Shown here: piece after piece, positions 6,274-16,002 of the stretch
How the letters are laid out: every line of letters starts with the position of its first letter
Position numbering within the stretch: the stretch's first letter is position 1
Assembly: GCA_964441225.1 (NCBI GenBank)
Contig: CAYTUF010000003.1
Coordinates: forward strand, 1-36,314
DNA: 36,314 bases
Direction: 5' to 3'
DNA from: an uncultured Candidatus Saccharibacteria bacterium
GTDB lineage: Bacteria; Patescibacteriota; Saccharimonadia; Saccharimonadales; 2-12-FULL-41-12
Translations under genes and position numbers: made by a program
The notes under the pieces: generated by a model
Seen by the model: only the letters and a program-made list of their open reading frames with translations
Told to the model about the DNA's origin: nothing
Databases searched by the model: none

Positions 6274-6929
6274 AGAGAAACTCTTTTTGGCCTTCGAACT
6301 CTAAGACGTCTTTTTGGGGCTTTAGGTGCCGATAATTTTTTAAGCTTATCCTCTATTATATCGGCTTTATCTTCATTGCCGTATTTTCGATAAGCTTTCT
6401 CTAAAAGCGTATAGCTTTCTTTTGTAGGTTCTAACTCTGTAGCCTTCTCCAGGTGGTTAATCATAAGTTTATTATTGCTAAGATGCTCTAGTGTCTTTGC
6501 AAGAACAATATGGCGAGCAGCTAGATCGTCTTCGAGCTTTAGCGCCTCCTCGAAGGCCGTGGCTGCCTTTTCATAATTTTCTGTTTCATAAAAAATAAGT
6601 CCGAGATTATGTAGGCTAGATGGCGATAATTCGATACTACTAGCAATCTCGAAACAATCTATAGCGTCTTTGTATTCTTTTTGTTTAGCGTAGAGTATTC
6701 CTAAACGATTGTAGGCTGCTGCGTTCCTCTCATCAATTTTTAGTATTGCTAACAAGGCCTTTTCAGCACGCAAGTAACGTTTGTTCTTCATACCTTGATG
6801 TGCGACAGCCCATAAACGACCTATTCTAGAGCTGATTTTTTGCGGCGTGGCGTCAGCGTCATGCTTACTTTGAGAAAATGACCGGAATATAAACCAAGAA
6901 AAACCCGATATCAATATTAATTCGTACAT
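6270..6929 (-). CDS. TPR-repeat protein with N-terminal TM helix and basic C-terminal tail
   Basis: N-terminus MYELILISGFSWFIF. Several TPR-like units (AAAYNRLGILYAKQKEYKDAIDCFEIA, LHNLGLIFYETENYEKAATAFEEALKL). Confidence 0.75.
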   Translation of the reverse strand: MYELILISGFSWFIFRSFSQSKHDADATPQKISSRIGRLWAVAHQGMKNKRYLRAEKALLAILKIDERNAAAYNRLGILYAKQKEYKDAIDCFEIASSIELSPSSLHNLGLIFYETENYEKAATAFEEALKLEDDLAARHIVLAKTLEHLSNNKLMINHLEKATELEPTKESYTLLEKAYRKYGNEDKADIIEDKLKKLSAPKAPKRRLRVRRPKRVSL

Positions 6930-6958
6930 AATACAATCTCTATTATATCAGTTACCCG

Positions 6959-7810
6959 TTAAAGAGAATAAAATAACCTGGTAAGTATCAGCTTGGATTG
7001 AACCCGATTTAGTGCATATTTCTTGGATCGTGAAACCAACCGGCAACGTTCTTGCATTTTTTTAATCTCGTTATTGTTGACTTCTTTGTTGATCGCCGAT
7101 TCTAATGCAAAATGTAGCAACCTATACATACCATCTAGAAAAATCTCTAGATCGAAATTTTTGTCCTTAACATAATCCTCTAATAAAATTAAGCGCCTAT
7201 CGATCGGCGACCTAAGAACTTCGCGAGCCTGCGATATTCCAACTACAAGAGGTTGTTCTTCGTCGTTTTCCAAGATTGATTTAAGTAAACCCACAAACCC
7301 GCCAGATATTATCCAAGCTCTATTTATCTCAACCTCGCTGTAACCCGTAAATGCACTGCTTGCTTGGGTTTTGTTTATTGGCTTAACTGTTAGGGTGCGA
7401 CAACGAGAAATTACGGTTGCTAATAGATCAGATGACTGCTGGGCCAATAAAATAATAACTGTGTCCTCGGGTGGTTCTTCTAATATTTTTAGAAGTGCGT
7501 TCTGAGCTTCATGGCGCATTTCGTCGGCACTAACGACAATGACGACCCTTTTGATTTTAGCTTCACCGACCGTTTTTAATGACAAAAAGCTTCCAATACG
7601 TCTTATCCCTTCGATCCCTTCTTCGGCACCGTCTATCTCTAATATCGACGCACTCGGGTTGGTTACTTTCCCCAGCAACTGAGTGGCCATATATACTGCT
7701 AAAGTCCTTTTGCCCGCTCCAGCTTGTCCAGAGATTATCAAGCCGTGGCTAGGACTTTTCAAAAAAGTCTCGACTTCTGATTCGTTAAGAGAATTAAGAA
7801 TTGGCTTCAT
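6959..7810 (-). CDS. holB: DNA polymerase III delta' subunit (clamp-loader AAA+)
   Basis: GLIISGQAGAGKRTLA (P-loop), ALLKILEEPPEDTVIILLA and ISRCRTLTV (SRC motif). The 283-aa size is typical for delta'. Confidence 0.75.
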   Translation of the reverse strand: MKPILNSLNESEVETFLKSPSHGLIISGQAGAGKRTLAVYMATQLLGKVTNPSASILEIDGAEEGIEGIRRIGSFLSLKTVGEAKIKRVVIVVSADEMRHEAQNALLKILEEPPEDTVIILLAQQSSDLLATVISRCRTLTVKPINKTQASSAFTGYSEVEINRAWIISGGFVGLLKSILENDEEQPLVVGISQAREVLRSPIDRRLILLEDYVKDKNFDLEIFLDGMYRLLHFALESAINKEVNNNEIKKMQERCRLVSRSKKYALNRVQSKLILTRLFYSL

Positions 7811-8660
7811 CGTTCATAAACCTTTCAAAACCCACTGGGGTGGTTGATTTAAAAACCCGCCTCTTGCCTCCAGGCAAAGTTAACTCCAAGCTATCAGCAT
7901 GTAGTAGTAATCGCGAATACTTTTTACCTCCATAAAAATCATCTCCTACCATTGGGTGCTTTAGGTACTTTAAGTGCACTCTAAGCTGATGGGTTCGGCC
8001 CGTAGCTGGGGTAAGCTCCAGCAAACTAAATACTAGGTTATTTTTTTTAAAAATTTTAAGAGTCTTATAGGTCGTCATTGCAGATTTACCACCACTTCCA
8101 ACTCTAAATCTCTGTGGCTGTTTGGGATTTCTCTCGATAGGCAAATCGATAATTGCCTCCTTATCGTTTAACTCACCTTCGACAATCGCCAGATATTTCT
8201 TTTTTACATTTCTATTTGCAAATTGTTTTTGTAAGAACTTCGTTGCAGTTTGATTTTTAGCGCAGACCATCACTCCGCTTGTGCCTCTGTCCAACCTATG
8301 CACAATACCGTCACGATCTGTAGGTATATCGCCCGTAAGATATCTTGAGAGCCATGTCGCTACAGTAGCCTCAGTATTAAAAGCACCTTTACTATGAGAC
8401 AGTAACCCGACGGGCTTATCAACAACTACGCAGTCTTTATCTTCATAGATTATCGGGATATCTATATCGGGAATCACCAAATTAGCCTTGTCCTCATGAA
8501 TCTCGACTTTGTCTGTTACCCTTAATATATACGATGGTTTAGTTCGGGGTTTTCCATTTACTAGAACTTTACCGGACTCAATAAGTCTTCTTGCATGAGT
8601 ACGTGGTCTTATTGGCGCACTTGAGGCAACAAAGGTATCGAGCCGACATTTTTCATCCAC
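7794..8660 (-). CDS. rluD: RluA-family 23S rRNA pseudouridine synthase with N-terminal S4 domain
   Basis: S4-like N-terminus (RLDTFVA...ARRLIESGKVLVNGK). Catalytic HRLDRGTSGVMV motif and GRTHQLRVH motif. Confidence 0.85.
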   Translation of the reverse strand: MDEKCRLDTFVASSAPIRPRTHARRLIESGKVLVNGKPRTKPSYILRVTDKVEIHEDKANLVIPDIDIPIIYEDKDCVVVDKPVGLLSHSKGAFNTEATVATWLSRYLTGDIPTDRDGIVHRLDRGTSGVMVCAKNQTATKFLQKQFANRNVKKKYLAIVEGELNDKEAIIDLPIERNPKQPQRFRVGSGGKSAMTTYKTLKIFKKNNLVFSLLELTPATGRTHQLRVHLKYLKHPMVGDDFYGGKKYSRLLLHADSLELTLPGGKRRVFKSTTPVGFERFMNDEANS

Positions 8661-8662
8661 TA

Positions 8663-9688
8663 TTACCGCCTCAACCCTACTGCTCTGTGAACCCTATCAA
8701 GAGTCTGGCTGGCAACTGCGTTCATCTTGGCTTCATCTTTTTGCAATTTCTTTATGAGCTCCGAATTATTCACACCGTCTAATCTTACCTGAAAGTCCGA
8801 AAGAAATCTTTCAACAACGTCAGCTATACACGCTTTAAATTCACCATACTGCGTTTGCCCCTCGAACTCTTTAGCTGATTCTTGTATTGTCTGTCCTTTT
8901 AGCAATGAGTATATCTGCAAAAGGTTGGCTATCCCGGGCTGTGAAGTTGGATTATATGTAACTTTTCCGTGACTATCAGTTGTAGCGCTCATAATCTTTT
9001 TGCGAGCTTCTTTAGGGGAGTCATTCATAAATATTACTCCCTTGCCAGACTCGTCACTCTTGCTCATTTTTTTGGCTGGATCTTGGAGGTCTTTGATGCG
9101 CAGACCTTGGTCTTTTCCAAAAAGTGCATGTTGTTCTTTGACCGGTTTTGGCACTACAAATAACTCGCCAAATTTCCTGTTCATACGCTCGGCTATATCA
9201 CGAGTGAACTCTAGATGTTGTGTCTGGTCGTCGCCAACCGGTACATATTCAGCGTTGTAAAGCAAGATATCTGATGCCATAAGTACAGGATAATCGAACA
9301 AACCGACACTTACATTGTCCTGCTTGGTGCTTTTTTCTTTGTATTGAGTCATACGCGAAAGCTCTCCCATATATCCATAACAGTTCAAAATTATAGTTAA
9401 TTCACTATGGGCTGGAATATAACTTTGTCGATACAGATGTACATTCTCATTATCAAGAGGTAAACCAGATGCCACAAACACCCGCAAATTTTGCATTATT
9501 TGCTCTTGAAGCTTTGTGTGGTCTATGGGTGTTGTAAAACTATGCAAGTCTGGCACAAACAGATTAATCTGATAATCGGTAGATTTAGTTCGTGCCATAT
9601 CAACAATAGGAAGCAATGCCCCCAGATAATTACCAATATGAAGATCATTATTGGCTCTAAGACCAGTTAATATTACAGGTTTACTCAT
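8663..9688 (-). CDS. trpS: tryptophan--tRNA ligase
   Basis: Class I motifs: HIGNYLGA (HIGH) and KKMSKSD (KMSKS). Length and overall sequence are TrpRS-like (GLRANNDLHIGN, VPVGDDQTQHLEFTRDIA). Confidence 0.9.
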   Translation of the reverse strand: MSKPVILTGLRANNDLHIGNYLGALLPIVDMARTKSTDYQINLFVPDLHSFTTPIDHTKLQEQIMQNLRVFVASGLPLDNENVHLYRQSYIPAHSELTIILNCYGYMGELSRMTQYKEKSTKQDNVSVGLFDYPVLMASDILLYNAEYVPVGDDQTQHLEFTRDIAERMNRKFGELFVVPKPVKEQHALFGKDQGLRIKDLQDPAKKMSKSDESGKGVIFMNDSPKEARKKIMSATTDSHGKVTYNPTSQPGIANLLQIYSLLKGQTIQESAKEFEGQTQYGEFKACIADVVERFLSDFQVRLDGVNNSELIKKLQKDEAKMNAVASQTLDRVHRAVGLRR

Positions 9689-9768
9689 AATTACTACTAA
9701 TTATACCTGAATTTACGTGTAACTCCTCGCAAATTTACTCTGTTTAACAGTGATTTGAGTATAAATTA

Positions 9769-10158
9769 CTATCGTTTGGTGAACTGTCGTTGTTTTCGAG
9801 CGCCCTTGAGGCCGAATTTCTTTCGTTCTTTTTCTCTTGGATCACGACCGAGCATATTAGCTCGTTTTAGGGTGCTTTTATAGTCTTCGTTAAGCCCCAC
9901 TAACGCTTTAGCTATACCGAGCCTTATAGCCCCAACCTGTCCAGCTGAACCACCGCCACTAACCTTTACTGAGATATCAAATTTATTTTCTTGACCAAGT
10001 ACAGCAAAAGGCTTTTCCATTTCGTGCAAAATAGACTGCGAACCATCAAAGTATTCGGTCGCTAGCTTATCGTTAATTGTAATCGATCCTTTACCCTTTG
10101 TTAGTCGGACTCTAGCTGTCGAGCTCTTTCTTCTACCTAAACCATAAAAATATGCCAT
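9769..10158 (-). CDS. rpsI: 30S ribosomal protein S9
   Basis: GLGRRKSSTARVRL... and ...GLKGARKQRQFTKR. Follows rplM. Confidence 0.95.
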   Translation of the reverse strand: MAYFYGLGRRKSSTARVRLTKGKGSITINDKLATEYFDGSQSILHEMEKPFAVLGQENKFDISVKVSGGGSAGQVGAIRLGIAKALVGLNEDYKSTLKRANMLGRDPREKERKKFGLKGARKQRQFTKR

Positions 10159-10161
10159 AAT

Positions 10162-10608
10162 TTATGCCTTTGTCCTTCCTTTAAGATCAATAGCCTCTGG
10201 CTTTTGTGCACCATGGGTGTGGTTTGAACTCTTGAAAACTTTCAGGCGCTTCATTCTTTCAGCTCGTAGTTTATTTACCGGTAACATACCCCTGACAGCA
10301 TGTTCTATAACTTCTCTCGAATCATTTTCTATTTTCTGAGCCAGAGTACGTTCCTTAAGCCCGCCTGGGTACCCGGAATGTTTATAATAAATTTTTTTGT
10401 CTAGCTTTTCACCCGTTACCTGCAAGTTGTCAGAATTAATTACTACAACAAAATCTCCACAATCAATATGAGACGTGTACATTGGCTTATTTTTCCCCGT
10501 TAGTACCTGGGCAATAATTGTACTTAGTCGTCCTAGAGTTAGTTGGCTGGCGTCTATTACATACCACTTTCTTTTTACTTCGGTCGGTTTTGCAGAATAG
10601 GTTTTCAT
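10162..10608 (-). CDS. rplM: 50S ribosomal protein L13
   Basis: KRKWYVIDASQLTLGRLST..., KIYYKHSGYPGGLK. Confidence 0.95.
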   Translation of the reverse strand: MKTYSAKPTEVKRKWYVIDASQLTLGRLSTIIAQVLTGKNKPMYTSHIDCGDFVVVINSDNLQVTGEKLDKKIYYKHSGYPGGLKERTLAQKIENDSREVIEHAVRGMLPVNKLRAERMKRLKVFKSSNHTHGAQKPEAIDLKGRTKA

Positions 10609-11084
10609 TACTTTTTGCCCTTTTTCGTAGTTTTAGAGTTCAATGGCTTCGAGACTTCCTTCTTGTCCTGATTTTTAGGATTAACTTTCTGCGAAGTGGC
10701 TTTAGGTGTAATTTTTTCACCGCTTAAGTTATCAACAAAACTAATCCGAGCCTGCAAAGAGTTATCCCCTTTTCTAGAGGTGGTTTTAGTAATCCTGAGG
10801 TATCCGCTATTCCTCGCCGAAAGCTTGGGGGCTATACCGTCCACTAATTTGTGGGTCGCTTCTACAGTGTTTAATTTTGTCAATATTAAGCGACGGTTGT
10901 GAAGATCGCCTTTCTTTGCCTTGGTAATTAGTTTTTCCACATAAGGCCTGAGTTCCTTTGCTTTTGGAAGAGTTGTTTCGATAGATTCATGAATGATCAA
11001 AGAATCTGCCAAACCTTTTAGCAAGGCACGACGCTGATCTCTTTCTCGGCCAAATTTACGACCTTTATACCCATGTCGATGCAT
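10608..11084 (-). CDS. rplQ: 50S ribosomal protein L17 (Lys-rich C-terminal extension)
   Basis: MHRHGYKGRKFGRERDQRRALLKGLA...ETTLPKAKELRPYVEKLIT. Follows rpoA. Confidence 0.95.
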   Translation of the reverse strand: MHRHGYKGRKFGRERDQRRALLKGLADSLIIHESIETTLPKAKELRPYVEKLITKAKKGDLHNRRLILTKLNTVEATHKLVDGIAPKLSARNSGYLRITKTTSRKGDNSLQARISFVDNLSGEKITPKATSQKVNPKNQDKKEVSKPLNSKTTKKGKK

Positions 11085-11086
11085 TC

Positions 11087-12034
11087 TTAGAACTCCATCT
11101 CCGTCATCTTTTCTTTGACCTCTTCTAGTGCTTTCGAGCCAAAGCCTTTTAGCTCTTTCAGTTCCACGTCACTAAGGGAAAATAGATCTTTTAGGGTGTG
11201 TATTTCGTTGTTAATAAGAGCATTAGTTGTCCGTGCCGTAAAGTTGAACTCTTCGATTGGAGTCATTAGCATTGGCGAGTCACCGTCGTCGCCACCAACA
11301 GTTTGACCTTCCGCTTCTTCTTCCTCAACTAGCTCCTGTTTTATGCGTGTTTGACCGGCAAGAGCTGTGTACTGATTGATTAAAATTGCGGCGGCCTCTT
11401 CAAAGGCGTCTTTCGCAGATATAGAACCATCTGTCTCTATGTCAATAATGAGTTTATCAAGATCCGTCATCTGTCCAACACGTGTATTTTCAACACGGTA
11501 TCTTACGCGTAAGACTGGACTAAACACAGTGTCGATAGAAATAAAATCGGCTATCGATTTGTCACCTGTATCTTCAGCCACCGGTTTATAACCACGGCCT
11601 TTTTCTATAACTAAGTCCATCGAGACACTAGCACTTGAATCATCAAGCGCAGCAATCACCTGGTCTGGATTCACAACCTCTACTTCACTGGTAGATGCTA
11701 TATCTTTGGCCTTAATTATCCCTTTACCTTTTTTTGTCAATCTTACTGTCTGTGGCTCATCGCCAAAAACTCTGAATCGCACACTCTTTAAGTTTAGGAT
11801 AATATCTACCACGTCCTCTTTAACACCCGGAAGGGTTGTAAACTCATGGCTAGCACCCTCGACCCTAAAACTAGTAATCCCAGCTCCAGCTATTGACGAA
11901 AGTAAAACTCGACGCAAGCTATTGCCAAGAGTCATGCCGTAACCGCTGTGAAGTGGCTCTATTGAAATTGTAGCCTTCGTATCGTCCTGCTCATCGACGT
12001 GAACTTGGCTTGGTGTGTGTATATTGCTAGGCAT
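11087..12034 (-). CDS. rpoA: DNA-directed RNA polymerase subunit alpha
   Basis: GYGMTLGNSLRRVLLSSIAGAGITS in the NTD. C-terminal domain IEEFNFTARTTNALINNEIHTLKDL. Confidence 0.95.
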   Translation of the reverse strand: MPSNIHTPSQVHVDEQDDTKATISIEPLHSGYGMTLGNSLRRVLLSSIAGAGITSFRVEGASHEFTTLPGVKEDVVDIILNLKSVRFRVFGDEPQTVRLTKKGKGIIKAKDIASTSEVEVVNPDQVIAALDDSSASVSMDLVIEKGRGYKPVAEDTGDKSIADFISIDTVFSPVLRVRYRVENTRVGQMTDLDKLIIDIETDGSISAKDAFEEAAAILINQYTALAGQTRIKQELVEEEEAEGQTVGGDDGDSPMLMTPIEEFNFTARTTNALINNEIHTLKDLFSLSDVELKELKGFGSKALEEVKEKMTEMEF

Positions 12035-12060
12035 CTTTAGTAATCTCCTCTTTCCTTTTA

Positions 12061-12675
12061 TTATCGCGAATAATACTCAACTATTAATTGTTCATTTATA
12101 TCGGGTTCTACGTCATCTCTTGTAGGCTGTCCCGTTATAGCTATCTCGAATTTCTTTCTCGACACTTTCATCCACGAAGGTATTTCATTTGGTGCTGGAC
12201 TGTTGTCGTCTATCTGTTTGAAATATTCAGATTTTTGGCTCTTACTCCTTAAAACTAGAGTGTCACCTTTTTTCAACGAAATCGATGGGATATCTACGCG
12301 ACGTCCATTCAACTCAAAATGCCCATGGCTTACAAGCTGTCTAGCTGCACGACGGCTGGGCGCCAATCCAGATCGATAAACCGCATTATCGGCACGTTGT
12401 TCCAGCATAACTAGCAAGTTTTCTCCAGATTCTCCAAGTTTCCGGGTGGCTTCTTTCATAAGATTTCTAAATTGTCTTTCTAATAGGCCATATAGTCGCT
12501 TTACCTTTTGTTTCTCTCTGAGCTGAAGTGAATATTGACTTGGTTTTGAACGATAGCTCCTCTGCTGTTGTCCTGGCGGTGTGGGTCGCTTTACCAAGGC
12601 TTTATGCGCTTTAGGGTGGAGTGCGTAGCCCTCGCGTCTACTCATTTTTACTATTGATCCTCTATCTCGTGCCAT
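12061..12675 (-). CDS. rpsD: 30S ribosomal protein S4 (no Zn-finger cysteines)
   Basis: SQYSLQLREKQKVKRLYGLLERQFRN..., S4 domain LVSHGHFELNGRRVDIPS. Confidence 0.95.
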   Translation of the reverse strand: MARDRGSIVKMSRREGYALHPKAHKALVKRPTPPGQQQRSYRSKPSQYSLQLREKQKVKRLYGLLERQFRNLMKEATRKLGESGENLLVMLEQRADNAVYRSGLAPSRRAARQLVSHGHFELNGRRVDIPSISLKKGDTLVLRSKSQKSEYFKQIDDNSPAPNEIPSWMKVSRKKFEIAITGQPTRDDVEPDINEQLIVEYYSR

Positions 12676-12684
12676 GCTCTACTC

Positions 12685-13107
12685 CTAGACTCTTCTAGCC
12701 TTTCGTGGCCTGCAACCGCCGTGTGCGACTGAAGTTAAATCTGTTATCGAATCAACAGCAACATTTGCAGAAGCCAAGGCCCGGACTGCTGCATCTCTAC
12801 CCAACCCTACGCCTTTTATGAAGACATCGGTTTTCGATAAATTATAATTTTGTTTAGCGGTATTGATAGCTTTTTCAGCAGCCACTTGTGCAGCATATGC
12901 TGTACCTTTCTTGCTCCCCCGAAAACCGCAAGCACCAGCACTTGCCTGTGTCAAAACGTTTCCTTTACTGTCCGAGGTAGTAATAATAGTGTTATTAAAC
13001 GAAGCCAGTACGTGAACTTGCCCAAGTGCTACCGTTCGCTTAACTTTCTTCTTTTTTGAAGTCGGCTTTTTTTCAGTTGCTTCGTCTTTAGTCGTTGTTT
13101 CTACCAT
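12685..13107 (-). CDS. rpsK: 30S ribosomal protein S11
   Basis: VHVLASFNNTIITTSDSKGNVLTQASAGACGFRGSKKGTAYAAQ...PRKARRV. Confidence 0.95.
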   Translation of the reverse strand: MVETTTKDEATEKKPTSKKKKVKRTVALGQVHVLASFNNTIITTSDSKGNVLTQASAGACGFRGSKKGTAYAAQVAAEKAINTAKQNYNLSKTDVFIKGVGLGRDAAVRALASANVAVDSITDLTSVAHGGCRPRKARRV

Positions 13108-13116
13108 ATATAACCT

Positions 13117-13503
13117 TTAAGTTTTAGCTGCTACTTTCTTGGCGGTACCGCCAACTGTTACTTTCTTACCTCGTCGAGTCCTAGCGTTGGTTCTGGTACG
13201 TTGTCCACGGCTTGGTAAATTATTTTTATGCCTCAAACCTCTGTACGCACCGATGTCTTTGAGGCGCTTAATATTCCCTGTAACGATTCTTTGAAGCTCT
13301 CCTTCGATCGTGCAGTCTGCCGAGATTACGTCTGTAATTTTACCGATCTCTGTGTCGGTTAGCTCTTTAACGCGCACCGTAGGGTCTAATTTTGCCTTAT
13401 TGAGGATTTCTTTAGAAGTATGTAGCCCAATACCATAGATATAGGTTAGTGCAATCTGAACCTGTTTTTCATTTGGAATGGTAACTCCAGCAATTCTTGC
13501 CAT
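13117..13503 (-). CDS. rpsM: 30S ribosomal protein S13
   Basis: MARIAGVTIPNEKQVQIALTYIYGIG from the ATG at 13503. The track ORF starts at an upstream TTG (13512). Confidence 0.95.
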   Translation of the reverse strand: MARIAGVTIPNEKQVQIALTYIYGIGLHTSKEILNKAKLDPTVRVKELTDTEIGKITDVISADCTIEGELQRIVTGNIKRLKDIGAYRGLRHKNNLPSRGQRTRTNARTRRGKKVTVGGTAKKVAAKT

Positions 13504-13526
13504 CTTAAGCAATACTTCCCATCTTT

Positions 13527-13643
13527 TTAACCCTGCCTCTGTTTGTGCTTAGGTTTAAATTTATTTATAACATAAAGCCTACCCTTACGGCGGACTATCT
13601 TGTCATCTGGACTAATTTTCTTGATACTTGCACGCACTTTCAT
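13527..13643 (-). CDS. rpmJ: 50S ribosomal protein L36, cysteine-less (C-minus) form, 38 aa
   Basis: Below the ORF-track length cutoff, so I translated it by hand: [45 protein letters not shown] lies upstream. It occupies the canonical infA-rpmJ-rpsM slot. Confidence 0.9.
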   Translation of the reverse strand: MKVRASIKKISPDDKIVRRKGRLYVINKFKPKHKQRQG

Positions 13644-13702
13644 GCGGATTATGCTCCTTTAGTGCACAACACACTGCTTAAATTTAATCTGTTTGGGCTT
13701 AT

Positions 13703-13924
13703 TTAACCCTTGCGGTAGGTGATTCTTCCCTTAGAAAGATCATAAGGGGTCAACTCGACCGTAACGCTATCGCCAGGAACGATACGTATATAGTGTTTTC
13801 GCATCTTACCGGCAACGTGAGCTATGATTTCATGACCATTTGCAAGTTCGACCTTAAATTGTGTTCCAGGCAAGGTCTCCTTGATTACTCCTGAAAGTTC
13901 GATTACTTCCTTTTGCTTAGCCAT
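13703..13924 (-). CDS. infA: translation initiation factor IF-1
   Basis: [65 protein letters not shown]. Confidence 0.95.
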   Translation of the reverse strand: MAKQKEVIELSGVIKETLPGTQFKVELANGHEIIAHVAGKMRKHYIRIVPGDSVTVELTPYDLSKGRITYRKG

Positions 13925-13972
13925 AAATATAACTCGAACAATTATAACAAAGCCAACAGATTATGTAAAGAG

Positions 13973-15454
13973 TTATTTCTTGGTTGTTTTTTTGAACTGG
14001 GGAAATCTGAATTTTTTCTTCTTGTCAGGCTCTTCTGGCATTTGAAAGAAATCAGTACCATCATACTGATTGTAGGTGACCATAAGAGCCCTAGACTCAA
14101 CCTTTCTGAGGGTATCTAGAGCTACTGCCACCAAAATTAAGATACTAGTTCCACCGATAGCCAGGTTATTCCCAAACATTATTTCTGCGCCTATCGGTAA
14201 GACCGCTAACAACCCAAGTGCGATGGCTCCATATAGCGTTAAACGATTAACAACCTTGGTTAGATATTTCTCTGTATCCTTACCCGATCGCACATCGGCA
14301 ATAAAACCACCTTGTTTTTGTAGATTCTCTGCGATATCGCTGGCGTTAAAAGCAATGCTTGTGTAAAAGAAAGTAAATAGAAACACTAACAAGAAATATG
14401 TAATCGGGTATATATAGGCGTGCCAATCACCATTTTGGAAATTTTGCGCGGTGGGCGTTTGGAACCAGACTGTCAATTTCGTTCCTAACTCTTGCCAATG
14501 CTGAACGCTGTTATGGGTTAGAATTTGACCAATAAAATTTGGCACACTGAGGAAAGCGACAGCGAAAATAATCGGTATCACACCAGCTGTTATCATTTTT
14601 ACGGGCAATGTTGTGGTGACGCCCCCATAAACACGATTTCCCTGGACTCTCTTGGCATAGTTTACGGTCAAGTTTTTAGAAGCTTCGTTTAACATCACCA
14701 CAATGACCGTTATCACTAATACCGCCAATGCAATCAGGAATAGATACAGAGCGGATTTCTGACTGAACGGTAGTGATACACCAAGAATTTGCCATTTCTC
14801 GTCGCCACCAAAAAGTGTAGCCACGAGACCAGTGATAGTCTTTGGTAGACTAGCGATAATCCCAACCGTTATCAGAAGCGAGATACCGTTACCGATATTT
14901 TGCTCGGTTATAAGCTCGCCAAGCCACATTAGCATCATTGCAGCGCCGGTTAGAGAGCTCACCATCAACACCCATTGGAGGATACCGCTATTGGCTGTGA
15001 TATCCCCTAACCCTGCGATCCCCGATGCCTGGGCCTTGACCAGATATAATATGCCGATAGATTCGACAATTGCCAAAGGAAGGGTCAACATACGCGTCAT
15101 CTGATTGATCTTTTTGCGTCCAAACTCTCCCTCTTTGTTGAGTGTTTCTAGTTTCGGAACGGCTTTGGTCAGCATCTGCATAATAATGCTGGCATTAATA
15201 TAGGGGCCAAGTCCGATCAGCATAATTGAAAAGTTCGCCAGGGCACCACCAGATATAACATTTACAAAACTTAAAAACTGCGAAGAATCAGCGGTAAAAA
15301 GGTTCTCTAATACCTGCCGAAGAGTTTGTGGGTCAGACAACGGGATAGGGATGTGGGCTAAAACCCTAAAGATAACTAAAATACCGAGAACAGCCAGAAT
15401 ACGTTTTTGCATATCTGGATCTTTTAACGATTTTAGAATTATCTTCCAATTCAT
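13973..15454 (-). CDS. secY: preprotein translocase subunit SecY (Lys-rich C-terminal tail)
   Basis: 10-TM-type sequence with PIPLSD..., GGALANFSIMLIGLGPYINASIIMQ and GEFGRKKINQMTR. Follows rplO. Confidence 0.95.
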   Translation of the reverse strand: MNWKIILKSLKDPDMQKRILAVLGILVIFRVLAHIPIPLSDPQTLRQVLENLFTADSSQFLSFVNVISGGALANFSIMLIGLGPYINASIIMQMLTKAVPKLETLNKEGEFGRKKINQMTRMLTLPLAIVESIGILYLVKAQASGIAGLGDITANSGILQWVLMVSSLTGAAMMLMWLGELITEQNIGNGISLLITVGIIASLPKTITGLVATLFGGDEKWQILGVSLPFSQKSALYLFLIALAVLVITVIVVMLNEASKNLTVNYAKRVQGNRVYGGVTTTLPVKMITAGVIPIIFAVAFLSVPNFIGQILTHNSVQHWQELGTKLTVWFQTPTAQNFQNGDWHAYIYPITYFLLVFLFTFFYTSIAFNASDIAENLQKQGGFIADVRSGKDTEKYLTKVVNRLTLYGAIALGLLAVLPIGAEIMFGNNLAIGGTSILILVAVALDTLRKVESRALMVTYNQYDGTDFFQMPEEPDKKKKFRFPQFKKTTKK

Positions 15455-15522
15455 TCTGGTGCCTTACCCCAACGCTCTTGTAATTTTAAAATTTAGTAGA
15501 TATTCAAACTTCTATTTTACAG

Positions 15523-16002
15523 CTACTTTTGATCTTTTTTCAATTTATTTTGCTTGGGTCGCATTAATCTATCAGATTTTTCAAATTTACCCCCAACATT
15601 TTCAATCTGTTTAATAGCCCCAAGACTAGCTCTTTCTAGTTTAACTACGATTTTCTTTGTCAGTTCGCCTTTTTTGATCAATTTGATCCGTTCGAACTCT
15701 GAAGGAACAAGACCAGCACCAGCTAATACTTTGGCGTCAATTGTAGCTAATTTTAGTTCAGCTAGCTGGCCAGTGGTTACATTGTAGGTTATTGGTTTTT
15801 TAGACTTAAAGCCCCTTAACCTTGGGATTCTCATATAAAGAGGCATCTGCCCGCCCTCAAAGCCCGGTCTTACACCGCCGCTTTTTCTGGAACCCTGTCC
15901 TTTTGTTCCTCGTCCTGCAGTTTTTCCTTTGCCGGCAGAAATACCACGTCCAACTCGAGTAGGCTTGGTTCGCTTCTTGATAGTTAGCTGATCGAACTTC
16001 AT
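15523..16002 (-). CDS. rplO: 50S ribosomal protein L15
   Basis: RVGRGISAGKGKTAGRGTKGQ...GFEGGQMPLYMRIPK-like. Its ATG overlaps the rpsE stop (ATGA, 15999-16002). Confidence 0.95.
   Translation of the reverse strand: MKFDQLTIKKRTKPTRVGRGISAGKGKTAGRGTKGQGSRKSGGVRPGFEGGQMPLYMRIPRLRGFKSKKPITYNVTTGQLAELKLATIDAKVLAGAGLVPSEFERIKLIKKGELTKKIVVKLERASLGAIKQIENVGGKFEKSDRLMRPKQNKLKKDQK

Noticed and set aside
9700-9705. Perfect TATAAT 11 nt upstream of the trpS ATG with no SD, suggesting a leaderless trpS transcript.
   Set aside because: No acceptable -35 or extended -10 is present, and trpS may simply be read through from rpsI. The evidence is insufficient.
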